This document shows, piece by piece, positions 50,401 to 62,100 of a DNA stretch of 64,000 bases (the first letter of the stretch is position 1; each line of letters begins with the position of its first letter). Under the pieces are notes generated by a model, which was given only the letters and a program-made list of their open reading frames with translations, was not told where the DNA came from and ran no database searches. This stretch comes from Mytilus californianus. Taxonomy: Eukaryota. The stretch covers positions 6,820,001 to 6,884,000 of the forward strand of contig NW_026262667.1 in the NCBI RefSeq assembly GCF_021869535.1, written 5' to 3'. The translations under genes were made by a program, and so were the position numbers.

Positions 50401-52042
50401 TTAATTGCTGTGGAGTATTCTTCTAAGCTGATTCAAATGAGCGTTTTACCGCATTCCGGGAAATCAAGTGCCTCATTTGATTGTATCTGAACAATACTAT
50501 ATGACAATATGGAAAATTTGTAAAATTAAACTTTAAACATCTTATACTAATCGGACTTAAATGATTTGAAGTAATTTTTACACACACTTTATATTTCTTC
50601 AATGTGCAATGATATATTTACATGCGAGTCAATTTGTTTCAAAATCTTATTGAAGAATATTTTTATTCCAAGTTAGGTCATCAACATTTGACATAGAAAT
50701 AACATTAATAATTGAAGTGATGTGAAATTTACTTATAAATTATTAACATGTTGAATTTGGGTTCTTTATATTGTCCTTATTTTTTCATATCTAACAACTA
50801 ATATTTTAAATATCTTAAAAGATATTTACAATGAAAAAAATTCCTACGAAGAAAAATTCAGTTTACCTTAAGCTTTTGAAGCGAATGTATTGTACTGTTA
50901 GACACATTCATTCAATACGTTCTGTTCTGAAGAGTCAAAAGCTGTCAATCGTTGGCCAAAATCGGAGTTGTCTAATTATGAGACAGGTGTTTCGAGGAAA
51001 AAATGAAAATTACGAAAACGAAATGTTTTTGAAACCAATAAACTATAAATAATGGATTCTTTTAACAATGGTCCTTAATATTTTTATCATTTGAATGACC
51101 TTGACACATTTGATCAATGACCAACTATATTTTTCCTGGGACATAATAAATACATTCATAATAAATATATTGTTTGATGGGATTTATTTAATTTACAGTC
51201 GATAATCGTATCGATTTCGTTGTCGGGGAAGTTAATAGTCCGAGGACACAGTTATCGTCATTTGATTTGCAAATATAGTCCAAAGTATAGTATGTCAAAA
51301 ATATTTGGCTGATGAATATTTAGGAAATGTTTTGATTTGGTCCAGTTAAAAAAGGTCAAAAATTAGTATGTCTGAAGTCAAACTGAATCATTGAATCCCT
51401 TAACATAGAACTGTCCGTATTTTGAGTTAGAACTGGTAGACTTTTCTATCATTTTGATATAATTTGCCCCAATAGTAGTAAACTGCACTGTAGAAATCTT
51501 TTTGAGATAGAGCAGGTGCGAGTTTTTAAATCTAAATTTATTGTATAAAAGAAATGCACTACGAAATATCTGTGTTCTCGGGCTTAATAACAGATATTGT
51601 ACAGAAGCGGAAATGTGTAAACGGATGTATTAACTATTATTGCCGATAATTTACAGTTTTATCGCATCGACTTGTATAATTCATACCAGTTTTAAATATT
51701 CTTGTTTCTAATTCGTATACTATAAAATATATTGATATTTAAAATTGGAATTCAAAAGTTAATTTAATGAAATATTAGAAACATTTTGTAAAGAGAAACA
51801 TATGAAATTGCACAACAGTATGATTTTTCTTGCGGAATTTCTTTCTTTTTTTTCAATTACCATTTTTAATTGACAACAGCTTTACAATAAAGAAAAAAAG
51901 AAAAAAAAGAGTTCACCACAATTGGACTTTACGAAGAAAACAAAGAGACTTTCATGAGTGTGCTATAATTTACATTTGTTTTACATGCCAATTTTGATTT
52001 CAATATCTTGAGTGCCAATAAAGACATATTATATATATATTT

Positions 52043-52818
52043 GGCAATCGCCATGGCAGTCAGCAGGGTTTAAGATAATCCGTTGTTCGACCTGCTAGTC
52101 AAATGCGTTTTGTTAAAATATACTTATTTACTTTTTTGGTCTTTTGGAAAATGTTGTTTGTGCTGTATTTAGACCCCTCTACCAAGAAATTTGTTTTGCA
52201 TGTACACGTATAAAAATTGCGGTTTTTATCCAACGCAATCATAGGTTTGAACGTTGTTTTCAATTTAGACTTGTTTATATTTTTTCGTTTGGGCTTGTAT
52301 TATATTTGCCTTCGGGTTTATATAATCCGTTCATCTTATTTCGACTCTTCAAAATCCAAGAGTCAATTCTAAATTGAGGTAAATCATATGGCCTTACAAA
52401 TACCGTTTCGATTCCTAACATCACTGAAGAGACATTAATTGTCGAAATCCGGATATGGGGTACAAATTTTTGCACCTCATGTTTGCGGTATACCATCTTT
52501 TCCGCAAGTTTATTGTTTTCTGTTTGGTATTAAATTAATAATTAAGATCCATTTTGTTACATCTGGTGATCCGTTTATTCGGCAGTCGCCATGGCAGTCA
52601 GCAGGATTTAAGAATATCCGTTGTTCGACCTGCTAGTCAAATGCGTTTTGTTAAAATATACTTTTTCACTTTTTTGGTCTTTTGGAAAATGTTGTTTGTG
52701 CTGTATTTAGACCCCTCTATCAAGAAATTTGTTTTGCATGCACACGTATAAAAATTGCAGTTTTTATCCAAAGCAATCATATGTTTGAACGTTGTTTTCA
52801 ATTTAGACTTGTTTATAT
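52043..52818 (+). mobile_element. Retrozyme/pLTR-like partial tandem: 538-bp unit present 1.44 times, with one hammerhead
   Basis: Direct repeats 52043-52280 and 52581-52818, nearly identical; flanked by TA-rich microsatellite sequence. Confidence 0.78.
52418..52461 (+). ncRNA. Minimal type I hammerhead ribozyme (palindrome AUCCGGAU; predicted cleavage after A52455)
   Basis: Stem I acatca/tggggt, CUGAAGA, stem II gac/gtc, GAA, ATCCGGAT, then A. Confidence 0.7.
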
Positions 52819-53324
52819 ATACAATATATGTATATTGTCGGAAAATATAAAATGTGTTTGTACGAGCTTTAGATACAGGATGAAAAGCGAAAATGTGGAT
52901 CCTTTACACGATGTCCGCGACTGTATTTAATATTGTCTGTTGGTAAATTAGTGATATCGTAATGTTCATTGTCAGATTTAAAATGATCATCAACTGCGGT
53001 AGTCTGAGAATCAATGTCTTTTTGAATTACAGTTTCAATTAACCAAATGTCAAAAACTCCATACTCCATAATACGGTTCTAGTCCATTGCACAACTCTTG
53101 GTCTTGTTGATTCGGACTTTTGAATTTGATAAACCAAGTAACTAAAACTGTTCAGTTTAACAAGATAGGATCCACCCAAATTATACTAGTTTCGGACTAA
53201 TCATAACGTTTGGCTTAGATTCATGTACCCATACGGCATCTCTAACAGCCTACGGTTTAAAATTAACATTGTAGTAATAAAACCATTCATGTTTATCACT
53301 GGCATTATTAATGTTTTCTTGATA

Positions 53325-53675
53325 CTGTTGCTGATGGACTATCGGTCCCCGAGAGTATCATCAGCTCAGTTGTCAGTACTTCGGTACTGACATGATTTAT
53401 TACAAACCTTTGTTAAATTGTCCGTTTATAGATTTACTTTTATAAAATTTTGACTTGGATGGAGAGTTGTCTCATTGGCACTCATACCACATCTTCTTAT
53501 ATCTATTATGAATTATCAAGAAACTAAGGTTTTAACTCCCTCAGGCAAAGTTGACCTTAAATGGATTTGGCTATAATTTTAAGGCCCTTTTTGGTCATAT
53601 AAGTCTCCAACTGTTTGGGTTCCTGATGAATATAAATTCAGAAAAGCGCTTCGGACGCATGCAATTTATATTCAT
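53325..53675 (+). mobile_element. Hammerhead-bearing retrozyme-like family F copy (interrupted by a family D end); further copies at 54905-55140, about 6660-6750 and about 45900-45985
   Basis: aagaaactaaggttttaactccctcaggcaaagttgacc...gttcctgatgaa...gaaaagcgcttcggacgca shared between copies. Confidence 0.7.
53617..53658 (+). ncRNA. Minimal hammerhead-like motif (palindrome AAGCGCUU; stem II weak)
   Basis: gggttc ctgatga atataaattca gaa aagcgctt c ggacgc. Confidence 0.55.
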
Positions 53676-53761
53676 TTTTGTCACGGGCAAATTTATGTAC
53701 ATTGTCCTCATGTGTATCAAATAATCCGGGTGTTTATCAAAATGCTCATCGTTACTAACAG

Positions 53762-53975
53762 TTCCGTATAACAAGTCAATTGGGTGTCTTGGTAGTGTCA
53801 TGTTCCGCGCTACGATATGCTATCATCTGTAATGCCAGTTCTGCTATTCGTTATCCACACATGTAGCTAGCATTGCTTCCATACATGAGTTTTAACGCTC
53901 AACCATTCCATCGGATTGGGAATGAAGTGCAATATTCCTCGTTTCATCCACTTATAAAAGTTTACAGAGTTCATG
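53762..53975 (-). mobile_element. Ty3/Gypsy integrase core remnant
   Basis: ELCKLL*VDETR..HSQSDGMVER..MEAML...PIDLLYG matches the Gypsy IN motif HPQSDGMVERFNRTL. Confidence 0.75.
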
Positions 53976-55299
53976 GATTACTAGTAGCCTTCAAACCGGC
54001 CGTACCTTTCAGTGATCTGAGAGTTTTTGCTCCGTATAGAAGGCATTAGTTTAACTTTGAGATAAAAACAGCAATAAAACGCTGCTCCTTTGCTTTTTGT
54101 GTTTTTTGCTGAGCATGTACTGATTTTGTGTCATAGATGAATACCCCATATCCTTTCTTTTCTTTTTGATTCGAAGTTTGTATCTTGATATGCAAATATG
54201 CATCGGCACTCCATAAAGCTTCACAAGATGTTCAACACACATTTTATTGTTTATTATTGTTTCTGTTTCCTTGTCGGGTGGATTACATATCTGTTATTTC
54301 GTTCAGTGAGCGGTTATGGTCCCATTATGTCTACATCTATTCTTTCCATGGCATATTCCTAAATTAAGAGGCACATGATAACATTGTATAGTTAGTCTGT
54401 CTTTTTATCTATTATTTTTAATTATATTAAAATCGACCAGAATGTTTTCTTGTGAAAATATAATCCATAGTGTTTGGGCCGAACACTGACTCAGTAAGGG
54501 TGATTACTTTTTGTCACTAGATTTTCCTCCGGTACTCCAGGTGTTCACCTTTCAACCAAAGCACCATAGTGGTTAGTTAAATCAAGGAGGTCTTATATAA
54601 CCTCATTTGTTAAATAAATGTGAGATACTATTGCTCGTTCGATCATGAACCGACCAGTCGATGTTGGATGAACTGACGCTGTTTTCATGAAGTAATCCTT
54701 CAGTTTGATCCACCTTTTAACCAATTTAATGCACAAGCAACCATCAAGTGAATTATTCTTATTATAGCTTTGATAACTATTTTGTATTTCCTCTTCAACT
54801 GTTAACTCACTAGTGTCCTCTTGTTGCTCTGTCCTTCATTTCATTATAAAGAAATATTAAACTAGCATTCCAAAAGTAGCACACCTTACTTTCATTATCT
54901 GTTGATAATATTGTAAATTATTAAAACACTAAGGTTCCAATTCACTGAGGCAAAGTTGACAAGTTAAGCCTAGGTGGATTTTGCTATTCTTTTGAGGAAC
55001 CTTTCGGTAAAAAAGCTTTAAAGTATTCCAGTACATGTACATCTTTGGCTTTCACATTTTATGGTTGTTGTGTTCCTGATGAAAGTAAATCCAGAAAATC
55101 AGTTTGAACGCATCAATTTATAGATTATTATTTTAATTTTCAAGAGCCATCACCTTATCTACTTTGTTGATAAGAGAAAGAGGGCCAATACGCTGCAGAG
55201 TTTTCCCAACAATTTTCAAAAGTGTATTTGTACATATATCATTTAGACATACTAGTAGATATATTTGAATAGAATACATTTATTTTCCATGAACACGTT

Positions 55300-55436
55300 T
55301 TTTGTTTGGGGTTCGTTTTGCTCAGTCTTTAGTTTTCTATGCTGTGCTTTGTATACTGTTGTTTGTCTTCTGGTCTTATTTTTTTGCCATGACGTTTTCA
55401 TTTTATTTTGGACTTATGAGTTTGAATGTCCCTTTG
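55300..55436 (+). repeat. Family A 3'-end copy
   Basis: ggggttcgttttgctcagtctttag...gagtttgaatgtccctttg. Confidence 0.75.
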
Positions 55437-55963
55437 CTACATATTATATAAATAAGGTATAAGGTGACTTGCTTGACTCTCACAAACATTGGGTGGCGTG
55501 AAGTCACGTCGCAGTTGATTAATTCTGTCAAAATTACTACTAAACTGAACCAAAATGAGAAAAAAAAAATAAACCAGTATTGAAATCTTACACCAATCAA
55601 AGATTTGTCCGCCGGAATGCTCTGCGTCGTACCGGTTCCGTTTACGTCCAAAATAAGAAATAAAAAAAAATCAATGCTTGCCGATTTCAAATTGCTTTTG
55701 CAATCGCAAGTAGTACTATTTACTCAAATTGCGACAGCAAAATCAATGCATTTATTAACATGATTTACATTTTTTTCTCAAGTAGGCTAGCATAAGGTTA
55801 TATATCAGCTAACCGCCAATAATCTAGGACAAAACATATCATGATGACACATATGCAGTATTCATCAGTATTGTACTAATAAAATAAAACAATATGGTCG
55901 TTTGTTCAGACGATTTCAATAAAAACAAGTACGCCGCGAAGATGCTCATTACTGGAAAAAAAT

Positions 55964-56104
55964 TCAACAAGCAAGTTTCCAGTTTTTCATTCCAACTTTG
56001 ATTAAAGTATTCATGTCCTGAGGTCGGTTTGACGATGAGCATATCTCTTCTTGCTTCTGGTGACCTTCTGTGATAGAGCTCACGTATTGGATGTGGAACA
56101 CCGG
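55964..56104 (-). CDS. GH114 gene exon 5 (terminal; frame not shown in ORF track)
   Basis: Acceptor tcaattttAG|CCG; PVFHIQYVSSITEGHQKQEEICSSSNRPQDMNTLIKVGMKNWKLAC*; joins as RK-PVFHIQY, matching the family KPVFxxEY motif; phase 0. Confidence 0.88.
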   Translation of the reverse strand, partial: PVFHIQYVSSITEGHQKQEEICSSSNRPQDMNTLIKVGMKNWKLAC

Positions 56105-59100
56105 CTAAAATTGAATAAATCAAATGTATGAAAGACTAACGGTGCCTACCAAGATGACAAAATAATAAATGATACAAAAATTCCTGATCCGGAAAAAAAT
56201 TCAGTACTTGTTTCTGGTTTATTATGTTATTAAATTATTGTCTTACTAACTTCAACTCAACTTCTTCTTATATTCATACTTCCTAAAACAAACTTGCGAT
56301 GACAGCCTTCTTTGATATTGGGTCAAGTTCGTCTACTTTTACCGAAGTAAAATTATAGCATATGAAGTCCCAAATCAAGATCTGTTTGTTTTTTCTTCTA
56401 AATATTAGTCGAGTGTCAGTCTTAGTTCTTGAACACATTCTGCGTGGATGTGAAAGAAACATTATAACGCACTTCATTTAGACATCCATACTGCATCATG
56501 TGGTAAGTAAACTAAACTTAACTTTATCCCGTCATATTTTTCCGAATGTGACCTACCGAATTAAAGTTATCACCGGCTTGGTACTTACATGAGCAACACG
56601 ACGGGTGCCACATGTGGAGCAGAATTTGATGACTCTTCCAAATCACATGAGATCACCCGTTTTTTTTTGTGGGCTTATGTTTTGTATACTATTGTTTGTC
56701 TCTTGGTTTTTTTTTTCGTGTTTTTTTCCATGACGTTGTCAATTTATTTTTCGACTTATGAGTTTGAATGTCCCTTTGATATCTTTCGCCTCTCTTTTAT
56801 AGTTTAATGTTTACAATTTTTATCATTGTTTTAATTGAATTTTAATCAACTTCGATTCAACCTCAAATTGGGATTGAAAGTGATTCCAATGGATAACTGT
56901 CGATAGACACCAACTCATGGTTCTGATGTAAATAAAAGAGAAAGAAAAAACTACTTCTGTCAGATGAAGATGTTGATTAATTGAGTATGAGAATCAGAAA
57001 CTGGTTAGCTTTTTTTTCAAGGAAAAGTGAAATCACCAGTTGAGTTTAAATAGAGATTTACAATTCTTACTGAATCAAAATCCGCATTATATACAGGTCG
57101 GTTATAAAATAAACTGTTATATCATATTGTGTAGTTTTCATTATATTTTTGATTTGAGTTTAACAAGGAAAATGTAATATATTTTCAGTATACCTTTCTA
57201 GCATCAAAAAAAGGTTTGTACAGGTCACATTCGTGATACTCCATACAGGATTCGTTTATGGCGAAGTCAAAGTCGCCTACCAGGTCACTAATTTGGCTTA
57301 CATCGTTCTTCAGTCCTATAGCTAAACCATTTTCATGTGCCACTGCAAATTTATTTTCGAAAGTAAAATATAGTGCATAACTCAAGAAAATCTTCTTCTT
57401 GGACAGAGATCTTTAATTCGTATTCTGTTGAAAGATAATGATATCTTGTTTTATCAAATGGGACTTTCAAAGTAAACCAGTAGAAACAGGCAAAAGATTC
57501 GTAACTCGTTTGAAAAAAAATGATGTCGATCCCAAAGTATTTCATTTTCTATGAAAATGTAAATGTATATCAATTTCCGTATAAAAAATTAAAATGTAAT
57601 TATCATCTATATACACATTTAAAAAACGAAACTTTGTATAAAAAATATGTTCAAAAAACAACAAATAGCTATGTGTCGTTGCATTGGCTGTTATTTTAAT
57701 GAAATATAACACACATTTCATTTTAATCACAAAACCTTAAAAGCAACGAGGGGAATTAAAATTATGGAGATTGTTTATGATTTGAATGTGATCTTTCCTG
57801 TCCTAAACCTTTGAAAGAGCGATCATTATAATTAAAACACACATTTCATAAAATGAGCCAATAGAATACACCTATATGACTACTGTTGAAACACTATACA
57901 AATCTCGGCCTAAAATTGGACCCACTGACATTATTTGAAATTAAAAAAGTAACTGCACAAGTTTAAGAAAAACTGACAACGCCTTGACAAAATACGAAGA
58001 CTACAAAAAGACAATCAAGTCCACTAAACACTACATAAAAATCGTATAGACTGAGCAAAACGAACCCCATCAAAAACGGCTGGTGGTCGCAAGTGTTGTG
58101 GAAGGGTTGGCAGATCCTGTTTTTCTAGTGGCACCTGTCTGTTTCTCATTATAAGTCTATGTGTAGTGACAAGTCTCATTCAATGGTGTCTCAATCAATC
58201 ATAAGTACGGTAATGCGGCCATTTTAATTGGAACACGCCCGCGGCCGTTCGTGACACAGAAAATTCAACAATCGTCAACCAAACTCAAAACTCCCGAAAG
58301 GATAACCATTACTCCCACAACCCGAATCCGCCGGCCCAACGGCACTCCAGCAAGAAGCATTCCTCCACCACGGAAACGAAAGCTCTAGAATGTTTTATTT
58401 GGGAGACACACACTTCGCATGCAGGCGTCGCCCGTATGTCATTTAAGACTTGAAATCACTATTTATCACAGAAAAAGCTGCATTGTTGATGTTTTACACC
58501 ATTAAGTCTTCAACTAATATTTGAAGTTTGACTTGGTGTATCACAAAAAAGTGCTAGCAAATAATCCCTTATTCGACAAACTGTCATAATCATCGGTAAG
58601 AGAATCTAATATATATTGGTGGTTTCGATTCTGATTAAGATTATAATGTCATAAGGAAAACAAATATAAATAAATTCACTTTAATTATTTACAATGATTA
58701 GTTTTACAGCGCAATACAATTCGTCAACACGTATTTTATCCGTTATCACGAATTACAAAAAATGTGATCACGAATTTAATCGGTTATTGCGAATTACAAA
58801 AAAAAACTTTAACTTATTCCGTAAATTCGTGATAACCAATTTTTGGAGTGTTTCACCTAGTTTTTAGCATGTCACAATTCCCCACAATATACCTATTTTC
58901 CACCTCTAAGTTTTTGAGTGCGCCGGTCTGCTCTTGTCACGAGAACTTTCAATATATAAACATTGTCTTTTCGTGAATATAACGACTTAAAAGATGTGTC
59001 TGTGCAGATTTAAACATTAAAGACAAAAAACGATTTTTGTACATGTATTTGCGGTCTTCACGATGTATTCGCATTCAATGTGTACATCGGGATAAGGTCC

Positions 59101-62100
59101 AAGTAAGTTAATTTGAAAAGAGTTAATATTTGCTGCATTCGATTATTTTGGTATTTTGATTTCTGCACATCTCTGATCTCCATATGCAAACATAAACAGA
59201 TAATTGGCATGTTCCAGAGAGGTAAACAACTAGCAGAAAAATAAATTGAAGTGGATACTAAGGGAATTTATGCTCATAGCAACATTTTAAACCAATTTCA
59301 AATAAAGCTTCTATAGCCTGCTGTACTCGTCGTTTTCTTTTTTAGGGGGGATTGAATATATGGATATTTTGATTTTATTTCAATTTGTTTTTATTTTCAC
59401 TACTTACCAGAACGTTTTCTTGTTTATAAGAAATAAAGTCCTTGAAAAGATCAAGTTTCAGTTTTTGCTGGAGATGTAATATGTAAACACTTAATTTCAC
59501 AGTGTCCGGTTTTAATGTTTCATATTGCAATGCTTTCGGAACTTTTTGTCTCTATCGTAGTGTACTTTATGAAGATTAATCCAGAAACACGTGTCTCGCC
59601 CACAAAAATCGGTATCATACGTTGTGTGCACGTGATATGCAATAGTTGGACGTTGAAATAAACATTGCCCAATCGAAAAACCGTCGTTCAGATGAAATTG
59701 GATTTCCTTGATATCCACCTCTAAATTTTGATATCTAAAGTTCGTTTATATCTTTTAAAAGTCAACGTGGAATTAAAAATTCTGTGAGGAAATTCTAATG
59801 TGTAACATATGTATAGTTCACTAGTATCATTATTACAAAGTTTGACAAGGACGAAGAAAGGATGTCAAAGTATAAACATGTATTACCTGTCGCTAAATAT
59901 CTGTTATAGTCTAATTGATCATCTTGTGTTAAATGGAGTCCTGCTTGATTCTGTGACCATCCATTTACATTATCCGGATCTACACCATCACAATGTCGGG
60001 AATTTGCATATTCAATCCGATCTCTCATTATACGTCTAACTCTGCAAACATGATAATATTATGAAATATTGTATTGATTTAATGATTTCGATTGATTGAT
60101 GGCAAATTAACTTTCGGCGCTAAGTATTATGTTACATAATAGAAAAACAAAGGATATGGAGTATCAATCCATGACATAAAACAAATACATGCACAGCAAA
60201 GCAAAGCAAAGCAAAAAGCACACAAACCAAAGGAACAGCGCATTTGTTGCTATTCTTTATCTCAATGACGGCCCCTAGCACTGGTTTGAGTGGTATTCTT
60301 TGCAAAATAAATCGGTTAGACTTTGTAAGATGTACCACCACCAAATGCATATTCAGGAAAATGACATGTTAATGGGACATAAATATATCATGCTATGAAC
60401 CAGACTGACACATTTTAATGGGCTGGCCCTCAAGTCAATAGTCGGAGAAGATACATCTCCAGAACCGATCAGCCTCCCACTGAGAAGCAGCAAATAATAA
60501 TAAAGTCTTTGTTTTGACCCACTCGAACACGCTGATGACATGTCTCGCCTGCTTTACTGACCATGATTGACTTTAAGTTGAAAGATAAAGATTTTACTAC
60601 GTGTATCACATAAACTTGATAAAGGTTTTACTACATGTATCACATACAGTAATACCAATGATCCAGATGAACCAAGCTAGAAGGACATGTTCGCCTTGCA
60701 ATCTTTCCATACACCAAATATAGCTGACTTTTTCAGTTTCAAAGGAACAGACTTTACAAAGAAACTTAACATTGCCCAATTACCTGGACATTGAGGTCAG
60801 ATCAGATGAACACTGAGAGGTATACATGTACACCTCACAATCATTTCACACACCAAACATAGTTGACCTATTGCTTATAGTACCAAACTAAGGAAACTTA
60901 ACTTACGAATAAACCACGAAATGAGGCCAAGGTCAGAAGAAAGATGCCAAACTGATATCTACACCTTACAATTATTCCATACATTACATTTAGTTGTCCT
61001 ATTACGCATAATGAGTGAAAAACTCCCATGACGATAAAACTATTATTTTTTTAACTTGTCGCTTAAAATGAGTTCGAGGACAATGGACATATGACAGACA
61101 GAACATTTGTTACATATTAAAGGCATCTGTATAAAAGGTATGAAACATACATGTTTTTTACCACCGGAAGTATAAAGCTTTATACAAATATTTTACATCG
61201 CCAATAGCGCCGCCGGATTATATCCTTATGTCTCGCATTCTGTGGCATTCGTCGTAGGCGTTGCAAAAATGATATATACACACTGACTATTTCTGATGTC
61301 CACCCATGTCTCGCCTGGCCAGTCCTTATTAGGAACTCCAAGTCCATTAGATGGAAACTCGCCGGCATCGTTTCGCCAATTTTCTTTCGTTCCAGCCGAA
61401 AAGTAACATATCACCTTCTTCCCATTCCTGATTTTTGAAAACAAAATATTACATGGAAAGAATTAGTACAAATATGACGTACGGTTTTAATATAGTAGCA
61501 ACAACAGTTTATTACAAATTGTCAGAGGTAGTGGGGTCATTATTATTCATAACGACACAATTCATAAGTTACATATGAGGATGTATGTTTGCAACACATA
61601 ATTGGAATGCTACTGAAGCCAGAAGATTAATAGCTCACCAGTAATATAATCGACTCAGTATTACTAAATAAAAAAAAAGAAAATAAGCAGTAAAATTTAC
61701 TAATAAAGTTCGGTACCAAATACATAATAAATGGAAATTACATAAGTGTTTAGTATATGTTTTACGGCAGAAAAGAAATGCGCTTTCGGAAAATAATTGG
61801 ATGCCATTATTTTGCAGTGTCGTCCTTTTAATTTCTATGTTTCCCATTTTTTTAAGCAGATCCCCCGAAAGGCATTTTTCAGCAAGAATAGATATTTTGT
61901 AATCAACAATATGACATACCTGTGGAGATTATCAATAATGCTTTTAGGTACATCAAACAAATCGACGACAAACATGGTACCATGGATTTCAGTGTTGATG
62001 TGAGATTCACCTATCACATCGTTCCAGGCCATGTGCGGATGTAGGTGCCACCACGATGCATGTTCAAATGAAAAACACATTATGAAAATTACCAAAATAA

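Noticed and set aside
52869-53069. 66-aa acidic ORF
   Set aside because: No motif, no convincing splice context; too short to distinguish from chance.
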